Assembly (NCBI GenBank): GCA_040377305.1
Contig: JBEIPA010000034.1
Span: forward strand, 1 to 54,916
DNA length: 54,916 nt
Reading direction: 5' to 3'
Source: Flavobacteriales bacterium
Lineage (GTDB): Bacteria; Bacteroidota; Bacteroidia; Palsa-965
The translations under genes and the position numbers were made by a program. The number at the start of each line of letters is the position of its first letter. Positions within the stretch are counted from its first letter, which is position 1. Below, one piece after another: positions 47,026-54,916 of the stretch. The notes below the pieces were generated by a model, which saw nothing but the letters and a program-made list of their open reading frames with translations, was not told the DNA's origin and ran no database searches.

Positions 47026-47069
47026 AAAGGGAGAAACTTGACAACCCAAATTTCTCCCTTTATTTTTTT
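47026..47069 (+). terminator. Intrinsic terminator after the four-helix gene
   Basis: aaagggagaaa ... tttctcccttt followed by a T run. Confidence 0.7.
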
Positions 47070-47120
47070 ACTGCCCGCTGACTGCAACTGCAACTGCGAC
47101 TGCCACTATTCCGTGGTTTT

Positions 47121-49601
47121 CTAGTCCACCTTCTTCAACTTCGACTCCTCCGGCACAATCACATTAATCGCCGACTTCACCTTCTCTTTAAGCAACGCAT
47201 GCGTCAACACATCGCCCATCTTACGGACATAATGGAACGTCAAACCTTTCAGGTAATCCTGTTTGATTTCCTGAACGTCCTTGCGGTTGTCTTCACAGAG
47301 AATGATTTCTTTGATGCCGGCACGTTTTGCTGCGAGAATTTTTTCGCGGATACCACCCACTGCGAGTACTTGTCCGCGTAAAGTGATTTCGCCGGTCATG
47401 GCTAAGTGCTTTTTCACTTTGCGTTGGGTGAATGCACTTGCAATCGCAGTCAGCATTGTGATTCCTGCCGACGGACCATCTTTCGGTGTTGCGCCTTCGG
47501 GAACGTGAACGTGTACATTCCAGTGATCGAACAGCATCGGGTTGATTCCGAATTCGTCACCGTGAGCACGCAGATATTCTACAGCAAGTACAGCAGATTC
47601 TTTCATCACTTCACCGAGATTTCCAGTGAGTGTGAGCTTTCCTTTTCCTTTGCTGAGACTTGTTTCTACGAAGAGAATATCTCCGCCAACTGCAGTCCAT
47701 GCAAGTCCTGTAACTACACCAGCAACATCATTGCCCTGATAACGGTCTTTTTCGTGAGCAGGTCCGAGAATCTTTTGCAAATCATCAGAAGATGGTTTCA
47801 CAACGTACTTCTTCTTCATCGCAATGTTCTTCGCTGCATAACGAATCACTTTACCAATGAGTTTCTCGAGTCCGCGCACACCTGATTCGCGTGTGTAGTT
47901 CTCGATCATATATTCGAGTACAGTATCGCTAATGGCAATCTGGCTTTTCTTCACGCCGTGATCGTCCATCTGTTTCGGAATCAAATGTCGTTTCGCGATT
48001 TCGAGTTTCTCTTCGGTAGTGTAGCCGGTTACTTCGATAATCTCGAGACGATCGCGCAATGCAGGCTGAATGGTAGAAAGCGAATTCGCTGTTGCAATGA
48101 ACATCACATTCGACAAATCGTAATCGAGTTCCACATAGTTGTCGTAGAATGTGCTGTTCTGCTCCGGATCCAAAACTTCAAGCAATGCAGAAGACGGATC
48201 ACCGTGCCAGTCGTTTCCAACCTTATCAATTTCATCAAGTACAAATACCGGATTCGATGTTCCCGACTTTTTGATGTTCTGCAGGATACGTCCGGGCATT
48301 GCACCAATGTAAGTTTTGCGGTGACCACGAACTTCAGATTCATCTTTCAATCCGCCGAGCGACATGCGCACATATTTTCTTCCGAGCGATTCAGCAATCG
48401 ATTTTCCAAGCGACGTCTTCCCTACTCCCGGAGGTCCGTAAAGACAGAGAATTGGTGAGCGCTTCATATCGCCTTTCAATTTGATCACGGCGAGATATTC
48501 GAGAATGCGTTCTTTCACTTTCTCCATTCCGTAGTGATCGCGATCAAGAATGGTTTGAGCTTTGCGCAGGTCGAAACGATCTTTCGTCATTTCGCCCCAC
48601 GGCAAATCGAGAAGAAGCTCGAGGTAATTGATGAGTACCGAATACTCTGCAGCATTCGGATTCATTCGCTCTAGCTTGGCAATATCTTTTGTAAACGCAG
48701 CACCAACAGGCGCAGGCCAAATCTTATTTTTCGCTTTCACTTTCAGCTCAGCAATCTCCTGCTCCATCGGGTTGCCACCCAATTCTTCCTGAATCGTTTT
48801 GATCTGCTGGTGAAGGAAATATTCGCGCTGTTGTTTGTCGAGATCGACTTTCACTTTCGACTGAATCTGATTCTTCAGTTCCAGCATCTGAAATTCTTTC
48901 GTGAGCTGCCCGAGCACTTCAATTGAACGCGCTTTCAGATCACCGATCTCGAGAATTTTTTGTTTCTCCGCCGACTCGGCATTCAGATTGGAAGAAATGA
49001 AATTGATCAGAAATCCTGGGCTATCGATATTCTTGATCGCCATCTGTGCTTCCTGTGGTATCTGTGGATTGATCTGAATAATCCGCTGCGCCATATCCTT
49101 CACAGAAGAAATGATCGCAGAAAATTCTTTGTCGCTCTTTGCCGGCTTCGTGTCTGGAAATGCAGTGATCGTTGCCTTCATGTACGGCTCACTCTGCGTT
49201 TCGTTACCAAGTACGAACCGACGTTTTCCCTGCATGATCACCGTCGTGTTTCCATCGGGCATGCGCAACATTTTGATAATGTATGCAACCGTTCCGACTT
49301 TATGGAGTTCATCAATTTTCGGATCTTCAGTCGCGTCATTCAGCTGTGCTACAACTCCAATTGTGCGATTCGATTTGTGCGCGTCTTTAATGAGCTTAAT
49401 AGATTTGTCACGACCAACCGTAATTGGAATCACAACACCGGGAAAAAGAACTGTATTTCGGAGTGGAAGTATCGGTAATTCTTCAGGCAGCTTCTCATTA
49501 TTCATCTGCTCCTCATCCTCACTACTCATCAACGGAATAAACTCCGTTTCTTCTTCTATCGGTGAAAAATTCAACATATCAGGGAATTGCTTGTTGTTCA
49601 T
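47121..49601 (-). CDS. lon: ATP-dependent protease La
   Basis: [34 protein letters not shown], catalytic Lys in GGIREK. Confidence 0.98.
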   Translation of the reverse strand: MNNKQFPDMLNFSPIEEETEFIPLMSSEDEEQMNNEKLPEELPILPLRNTVLFPGVVIPITVGRDKSIKLIKDAHKSNRTIGVVAQLNDATEDPKIDELHKVGTVAYIIKMLRMPDGNTTVIMQGKRRFVLGNETQSEPYMKATITAFPDTKPAKSDKEFSAIISSVKDMAQRIIQINPQIPQEAQMAIKNIDSPGFLINFISSNLNAESAEKQKILEIGDLKARSIEVLGQLTKEFQMLELKNQIQSKVKVDLDKQQREYFLHQQIKTIQEELGGNPMEQEIAELKVKAKNKIWPAPVGAAFTKDIAKLERMNPNAAEYSVLINYLELLLDLPWGEMTKDRFDLRKAQTILDRDHYGMEKVKERILEYLAVIKLKGDMKRSPILCLYGPPGVGKTSLGKSIAESLGRKYVRMSLGGLKDESEVRGHRKTYIGAMPGRILQNIKKSGTSNPVFVLDEIDKVGNDWHGDPSSALLEVLDPEQNSTFYDNYVELDYDLSNVMFIATANSLSTIQPALRDRLEIIEVTGYTTEEKLEIAKRHLIPKQMDDHGVKKSQIAISDTVLEYMIENYTRESGVRGLEKLIGKVIRYAAKNIAMKKKYVVKPSSDDLQKILGPAHEKDRYQGNDVAGVVTGLAWTAVGGDILFVETSLSKGKGKLTLTGNLGEVMKESAVLAVEYLRAHGDEFGINPMLFDHWNVHVHVPEGATPKDGPSAGITMLTAIASAFTQRKVKKHLAMTGEITLRGQVLAVGGIREKILAAKRAGIKEIILCEDNRKDVQEIKQDYLKGLTFHYVRKMGDVLTHALLKEKVKSAINVIVPEESKLKKVD

Positions 49602-49750
49602 CAGAATAAATTTAGTGCTTTGAATTGTGTAACCCTGACTTTAAACGTCAGGGTTCATAGGGTCAAAATGTCAGATCAATAATAAGAGTGTCGGATTTCC
49701 AGCAGATTTATTGGGGGCTAAGGACAAATTCCGAGCGTCACTATAATGGT

Positions 49751-49765
49751 TCAACCTTTGTGCCA
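49751..49765 (-). promoter_or_regulatory. Putative sigma54-type promoter for lon
   Basis: Minus strand TGGCAC-AAAGG-TTGA matches -24/-12 spacing. Confidence 0.5.
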
Positions 49766-49873
49766 TCGGGTCAAACATGACTTAATGGCAAAACGGGCTA
49801 CAAAGTTCCTGTTTTTTGATGAAAAAGCAGAGATATTAATCGAATACTGGCTGAACCTGCAACTTCTTTTTCT

Positions 49874-49937
49874 ACCACGAAGAGCACCAAGACACAAAGG
49901 TTTAGCCGTTTCTTAGTGTCTTCGTGAACTTTGTGGT
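49874..49937. repeat. CACGAAG-family palindromic element
   Basis: accacgaagagcaccaagacacaaag ... cttagtgtcttcgtgaactttgtggt. Confidence 0.8.
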
Positions 49938-49942
49938 CAAAT

Positions 49943-51148
49943 TTATGTGCGGAGTTTTTTCGTTTCGTCGAATACCTGCTTCAGCGCAGCCTGTTCCTGT
50001 TCCGAAAGTGTCTTGCTTCTACGCTTGTAAACATTCTGCACCATCTCTACGAATTTGTCAAAGTGAAACTCCACAACTCCGCTTTCACCGCCCCACGCAA
50101 AATCAGGAACAAACTTCTTCGGAAATCCTCCTCCAAAAATATTCGCACCGACTCCGACTACAGTGCCCGTGTTGAACATGGTATTGATTCCGCATTTCGA
50201 ATGATCGCCCATGATTAGGCCGTGAAACTGCATCCCGCTATTTTGACTTGCTCCAATAGCGTAATTGTAAACCGAAACTTCTCCGTAGTTGTTCTTGAGG
50301 TTCGATGTGTTTGTATCTGCACCGAGATTACACCACTCACCAATTACGCTGTTGCCAACATAACCGTCGTGTGCTTTGTTGGAGTTCGCGAAGAAAACCG
50401 AATTGGTAATCTCACCTCCAACTTTACATCCGGGACCAATGGTTGTGTCTCCGTAAATCTTTGCACCCATTTTTATCTGTGCACCGTCGCAAATAGCAAG
50501 AGGTCCGCGCAACATGGAACCTTCCATAATTTCTACGTTCTCTCCAATGTAAATCGGGCCTTTGGTCGTATTGAAGATGCAGCCTTCAGCCACAGAAGTT
50601 TTCATCATAATTACTTCATGCGAACCAATGAATTGATTGAATGAAGGAAGCAAAGGACGCTTCGGATTCATCAGTGCGATATCTGCAACAATCTGTGCTC
50701 CGTTGTTTGTGAAAATATCTGCAATGCGGTGAATGACTTCTGCATGCACTTTAGATTCTTTCACACCAAAATCGCCAGTGAGATGATCTTTGCTATCGAC
50801 ACGATAACGTTCAACGCTATTTCCGCAATTGAAGGCAACGAGCAAATCACCCTTGATGAGTGCATCTCCGCGTTTCAAAGAAACTACTTCCGTACACAAT
50901 TCCGGATTCGGCAAAACACGTGAATTAATCCACAGGTGATTTTTCGTAGCGTCAAGTGCAAACGGCGAATGCCACTGCTCGAGATGAGGTACTGTTGCAT
51001 TCGTTGACTCTGCCTTCAGATGTTTCTCCCACTTTTCGCGAATGGTGAGAATACCAATTCTGAAATCACAAACAGGACGCGTTGATGAAAGCGGTTTGAG
51101 CGCTTCACGATACGAATCATCGAACATCACAAGCTGAATCGCCGACAT
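49943..51148 (-). CDS. GlmU-related putative sugar nucleotidyltransferase with hexapeptide repeats
   Basis: TRPV.DFRIGILTIREKW, NKAHDGYVGNSVIGEWCNLGADTNTSNLKN. Confidence 0.9.
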   Translation of the reverse strand: MSAIQLVMFDDSYREALKPLSSTRPVCDFRIGILTIREKWEKHLKAESTNATVPHLEQWHSPFALDATKNHLWINSRVLPNPELCTEVVSLKRGDALIKGDLLVAFNCGNSVERYRVDSKDHLTGDFGVKESKVHAEVIHRIADIFTNNGAQIVADIALMNPKRPLLPSFNQFIGSHEVIMMKTSVAEGCIFNTTKGPIYIGENVEIMEGSMLRGPLAICDGAQIKMGAKIYGDTTIGPGCKVGGEITNSVFFANSNKAHDGYVGNSVIGEWCNLGADTNTSNLKNNYGEVSVYNYAIGASQNSGMQFHGLIMGDHSKCGINTMFNTGTVVGVGANIFGGGFPKKFVPDFAWGGESGVVEFHFDKFVEMVQNVYKRRSKTLSEQEQAALKQVFDETKKLRT

Positions 51149-51150
51149 AA

Positions 51151-52605
51151 TTATTGTTTGATTAAGGGTAAGCTTGTTTTGTTTCCTTCTTCAGTCGTGA
51201 TTACCACGCTGTAACTTCCACGGACAAAGCTTTCAATGTTGATGTTGTTTCCGGAAATAACATTGAGCTGCTGAACAACAAGTTCACCATTCATGTTGTA
51301 AATAGAAACAGTGCATTTACCGGTGATGTTGCTGATCGTGAAAGATTCTTTCGCCGGTACCGGAAAAATCAACGGATGTGTTTGCGATGTGTGTTCCGCA
51401 ACACTAAGTCCGCCACCGATTGTTGCCGTGCGATACATGACGATTCCAGTAGCACCGTTTTGGTAAACGATGTGCATTAAGTCACCTTCTAACGCAACAT
51501 GTGGTGTTTGTTGGGTTCCGGTTTCTGCGGTGCCAATTGTATCGTTGAGAATGAATGGTGCGGTAATCTGATGCGCACCGTTACCGACAATCGAGATATA
51601 ACAATCGTAATTCGTTGTACGTCTATCATCCCACAGGAAGATTACGGTATCTCCAATTGTAGAGACAACAGGATGTTTCTGCAATACCGATGCTGCCAAT
51701 GAAGGCTCAAGCAGATTATCAGGACCCGTTGCTCCTGTTGCATTGTGACCGCAACCGTAGTATAATTTATTCGTGCTCTTCCACACAATCAAAATCGAAT
51801 CGCGGTAAAATGCTGCTTCTGCTCCGGCAGTTGGACAAGAACTGATGGTCCAGTTTGTTTGGTCAACTTCAGAAACGGTGGTGAACGTCATTCCACTATC
51901 TGATGACATCGTCATTACGATATCACGGCGATTATTGTCGTTGTTGCGATAGATGACGTATGCGTTTTCATCTTTGTTCAGGAAAGTCGGCGGACAACAT
52001 TCACAAGGAACTCCACTCACACTCAGGTGTGCAGGTTGCTCCATCGTGAATGTATTTCCCCCATCATAAGAACGGCAAACCATAATTTCTGCGTTCGCCA
52101 TTGACATATCAGCCATTTCGAACGCGATAACCGGATTGCCATTGCGATCAATCTCTACATTCGGTGTGTATGCGTGATTCATTACCTGATGATCAATACG
52201 TACAGTGTCGCTCCAGGTTAATCCGGCATCATACGAGTGTACACTGTAGCATTCAGACGAAGCGGTAAAAAATACGATGTACGCTGTATCGCCACGGGCA
52301 GCAATGTCACCGCCTTCTTCTGCGCTGCAATACACATCAATTCCCGAAGGAGAAATCTGAACCGGCGTTCCGAATCCACTGCCATTCCATCGTGCAACAT
52401 AAACGATTCCTGCAGGTGGACCGAGTTTCACCCAGGTTACAATCGGAATACTGTCCTGCACAAGTGCAATGCGAGGACGTGTACTTCCGGTAACATTCGT
52501 TGGCGTTACCTGTATGAACGGACCGAACACGGGAACTAATTCCTGAGCAGTCAACAAGAATCCGCCGAACAAAATCAGCAATGAGAGGAAAGTTCTTTTA
52601 CTCAT
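51151..52605 (-). CDS. T9SS cargo protein with BNR/Asp-box repeats
   Basis: SYDAGLTW, SYDGGNTF, SSDSGMTF; CECC and W....CP motifs; IFPVPA...GSYSV C-terminal domain. Confidence 0.8.
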   Translation of the reverse strand: MSKRTFLSLLILFGGFLLTAQELVPVFGPFIQVTPTNVTGSTRPRIALVQDSIPIVTWVKLGPPAGIVYVARWNGSGFGTPVQISPSGIDVYCSAEEGGDIAARGDTAYIVFFTASSECYSVHSYDAGLTWSDTVRIDHQVMNHAYTPNVEIDRNGNPVIAFEMADMSMANAEIMVCRSYDGGNTFTMEQPAHLSVSGVPCECCPPTFLNKDENAYVIYRNNDNNRRDIVMTMSSDSGMTFTTVSEVDQTNWTISSCPTAGAEAAFYRDSILIVWKSTNKLYYGCGHNATGATGPDNLLEPSLAASVLQKHPVVSTIGDTVIFLWDDRRTTNYDCYISIVGNGAHQITAPFILNDTIGTAETGTQQTPHVALEGDLMHIVYQNGATGIVMYRTATIGGGLSVAEHTSQTHPLIFPVPAKESFTISNITGKCTVSIYNMNGELVVQQLNVISGNNINIESFVRGSYSVVITTEEGNKTSLPLIKQ

Positions 52606-52685
52606 GTGTTATTCCTTTCGGCTTTGAATTCGTGACCCACACTGACACAAACCGTCGGAGCGCGTTCATAGTTTCTATAAAAATA

Positions 52686-52723
52686 GAAAAGCCCCGACAA
52701 CATTCGTCGTCGGGGCTTTTATT
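52686..52723 (-). terminator. Intrinsic terminator after rpmE2 (possibly bidirectional)
   Basis: aaaagccccgac ... gtcggggctttt. Confidence 0.8.
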
Positions 52724-52745
52724 TCTAACAGTTCTTGTGAACTGA

Positions 52746-52991
52746 TTATTTCTTGTTGTAACGGTTGCGGAACTTGTCGATACGACCTGCAGTGTCCACA
52801 AGCTTCATCTTACCAGTATAGTACGGGTGCGATGTGTTTGAAATCTCCATCTTGATGAGTGGGTATTCCACTCCTTCAATTGTGATTGTATCTTTTGTGT
52901 CAGCGCAAGAACGTGTAATGAACGTTTCTTCGTTTGACATGTCCTTGAATGCTACAAGGCGATAATTTTCCGGGTGAATTCCTGCTTTCAT
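52746..52991 (-). CDS. rpmE2: 50S ribosomal protein L31 type B
   Basis: MKAGIHPENY, SHPYYTGK, DTAGRIDKF; lacks the four-Cys zinc motif. Confidence 0.96.
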   Translation of the reverse strand: MKAGIHPENYRLVAFKDMSNEETFITRSCADTKDTITIEGVEYPLIKMEISNTSHPYYTGKMKLVDTAGRIDKFRNRYNKK

Positions 52992-53321
52992 GACTTTCTA
53001 TTTAAGCCGTAACGATTTAAACTTGGTTGTTACGGGGTCGCAAAGATAGGAATTTACTTTAAAAACAAGCAAATTTATCCTTGTGAGGAGGCAAAATAGG
53101 CAGAAATGGCACTTTTCGCGCTAAGAGTACCTTGAAAATTCGCGGTTTTGACTTCTTCACTTGCGGTATTTGTCGTCGGACTTATTGCATTCAACCGTGG
53201 CGTCAGTTCGTAAATGCCGCTGAAGTTCATGTAAGTACACAATAAACCCGATCGATTGGCGTAATTGTACCTGATTATTGTTCGCACATCAATCAACACT
53301 TAGCGATTATCTTTGCAACAC

Positions 53322-54719
53322 ATGCGTTATTTACTTACCCTTCTCGGAATCCTTTTTGTTGCCGCCACATTCAATTCGTGTCGCCGCGATTTACAACTTG
53401 ACCAGGATCCGGATGCACAACTCCTCTTCTCCCGCGATACAATAGTATTTGACACGGTCTTCACTACCGTTGGTTCCACCAGCCGCATTTTTAAAGTTTA
53501 CAACACGAGCAGTAAAGCGGTAAACATAGAATCCATTGATCTCGCAGGCGGATCGATGTCGCCATTCCGGATTAACGTCGATGGTGTTCCACTGGTTTCA
53601 ACCGGCAATATTCTTCTTCGTGGAGGCGACAGTATGTTTGTGTTCGTAGATGTAACACTCGATCCAAACAACGGAACGAATCCGCTGATGATTGAAGATT
53701 CTATCATCTTCTACACAAACGGAAATCGCCAGAGTGTAATTCTGAATGCTGTCGGACAAGATGCGTATTTCCACTACCGTGAAATTTCAACTTGCGGTGA
53801 AATCTGGGCAACTGACAAACCACACGTTGTGTTCAATTATGTCATCGTTCCAACGGGATGCACACTTACAATTCCTGCAGGAGCAGATGTTTATCTCCAT
53901 CACAATTCGATTATTGCGGCTGACAGTGCAGCAACGTTACTCGTCTTGGGAACTGCGGCGTCCAAAGTTAAATTCCAGGGCGACAGGCTCGAACCAGAGT
54001 ACGAAAACGAACCGGGTCAATGGGGTTACATCTGGCTTTCAACATTGAGCAGAAACAGCCGCATTGAGTGGGCCGAAATCAAGAATGGAACAATCGGTGT
54101 GTTGTGCGACAGCTTTGGCGGTTCAGCAAATCCAACCGTGCGAATTTCAAACACAACAATTCGCAACATGACCCTTGCAGGTGTGTTTGCACGTTGCAGC
54201 AGCATTGAAGGCGATAATCTGGAAATCGTAAACTGTGCTCAGTATTGCGCTGCTATTGCTTATGGTGGAAGCTGTCAGTTTCGTCACTGCACATTCGGCA
54301 ATTACTGGAACATTTCGAATCGATCTACACCATCTGTTGTCGTAAACAACTGGTACGAGGTAGATGAATTCACCAATGAAGTCCGTGATCTCACCTCCGC
54401 GAACTTTTACAATTGCATCATTTGGGGCGATAAGGACAATGAGTTGGTGTTGGATTCAATCACGACCGGCGGAGAGCAGTTCAATTGTGTTTTCGGATAC
54501 AGTCTGATCAAAACTGATGAACCTACAACCTCGTTCGCTCATTTTCAGTTCAACGTGTACAATACAGATCCATTGTTCACGGACGGGTATCGTTTATCAG
54601 CAAGTTCACCTGCCAGAGATATAGGCAGTTCCTTTCACGCCGCATTTGTACCACTGGATTTAGACGGCTGGGATCGCACGCTGGGTGTTCCGGATGCGGG
54701 ATGCTACGAACAGCATTGA
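53322..54719 (+). CDS. Lipoprotein with Ig-like and right-handed beta-helix regions
   Basis: FNSC lipobox, FSRDTIVFDTVFTT, F.GDRLE...PGQWG, C-terminal L...SPA.D.G...DLDG..R...PDAGCYE. Confidence 0.82.
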   Translation: MRYLLTLLGILFVAATFNSCRRDLQLDQDPDAQLLFSRDTIVFDTVFTTVGSTSRIFKVYNTSSKAVNIESIDLAGGSMSPFRINVDGVPLVSTGNILLRGGDSMFVFVDVTLDPNNGTNPLMIEDSIIFYTNGNRQSVILNAVGQDAYFHYREISTCGEIWATDKPHVVFNYVIVPTGCTLTIPAGADVYLHHNSIIAADSAATLLVLGTAASKVKFQGDRLEPEYENEPGQWGYIWLSTLSRNSRIEWAEIKNGTIGVLCDSFGGSANPTVRISNTTIRNMTLAGVFARCSSIEGDNLEIVNCAQYCAAIAYGGSCQFRHCTFGNYWNISNRSTPSVVVNNWYEVDEFTNEVRDLTSANFYNCIIWGDKDNELVLDSITTGGEQFNCVFGYSLIKTDEPTTSFAHFQFNVYNTDPLFTDGYRLSASSPARDIGSSFHAAFVPLDLDGWDRTLGVPDAGCYEQH

Positions 54720-54823
54720 TCATCCCTCGGTACGTCCAAGACTATTCTGAATAACTGCTCCGCAGATTTTTCCGACTACTCCTTTAGACTTGTGGTTAAT
54801 TCAGAACTTGCCAACAAAAAGCT

Positions 54824-54895
54824 AAACAGGTAAAGCTACCTAACAGTTTACTCTAGGATTCGAGCCTAGAGACCGATTCAGTGCTTTACCTGTTT
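54824..54895. repeat. Nested inverted repeat (13-bp outer and 7-bp inner stems)
   Basis: aaacaggtaaagc / gctttacctgttt enclosing ctctagg / cctagag. Confidence 0.65.
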
Positions 54896-54916
54896 TCTTC
54901 AAGTGATGCTCAAATA

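Larger units (their letters stand above)
46476..47107. mobile_element. Putative cassette: four-helix-bundle gene bounded by inverted GCAGTY-hexamer arrays
   Basis: Left agtggcagttgcagtcag (46476-46493); right ctgactgcaactgcaactgcgactgccact (47078-47107). Confidence 0.55.

Noticed and set aside
53075-53299. 74-aa minus-strand ORF between rpmE2 and the lipoprotein gene
   Set aside because: No recognisable motif in the frames I read, and it lies in a divergent promoter region; cannot be supported.

Overview
This window is chromosomal DNA from a Bacteroidota bacterium, judged from T9SS cargo proteins, porQ, TAnnTTTG '-7' promoters and conserved gene order. Most of it is housekeeping: thrS-infC-rpmI-rplT, an RsmB/RsmF-type methyltransferase, prmC, a CCA-adding enzyme, dapD, ruvX-def, cdaA-folP, tpiA, dacB, porQ, lon and rpmE2. 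Accessory secreted and lipoprotein genes are interspersed. I found no tRNA, rRNA, CRISPR array, transposase or reverse transcriptase. The most notable signals are: (1) many small palindromic REP/REPIN-like elements, two of them translated in frame inside the methyltransferase and the CCA enzyme, and two nested inside each other; (2) a four-helix-bundle (IVP/bAvd-like) gene between lon and porQ, framed by inverted hexamer arrays and preceded by a 7x10-bp array, with similar gene-less short-period arrays in many other spacers; (3) two tandem 188-bp rod-like palindromic elements with a compensatory change; (4) an ECF sigma factor coupled to a putative anti-sigma protein carrying a c-type cytochrome domain; (5) a bestrophin plus beta-carbonic anhydrase operon; (6) several apparently leaderless genes and a sigma54-like promoter at lon. 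All family calls come from motif recognition by eye, not from database searches.
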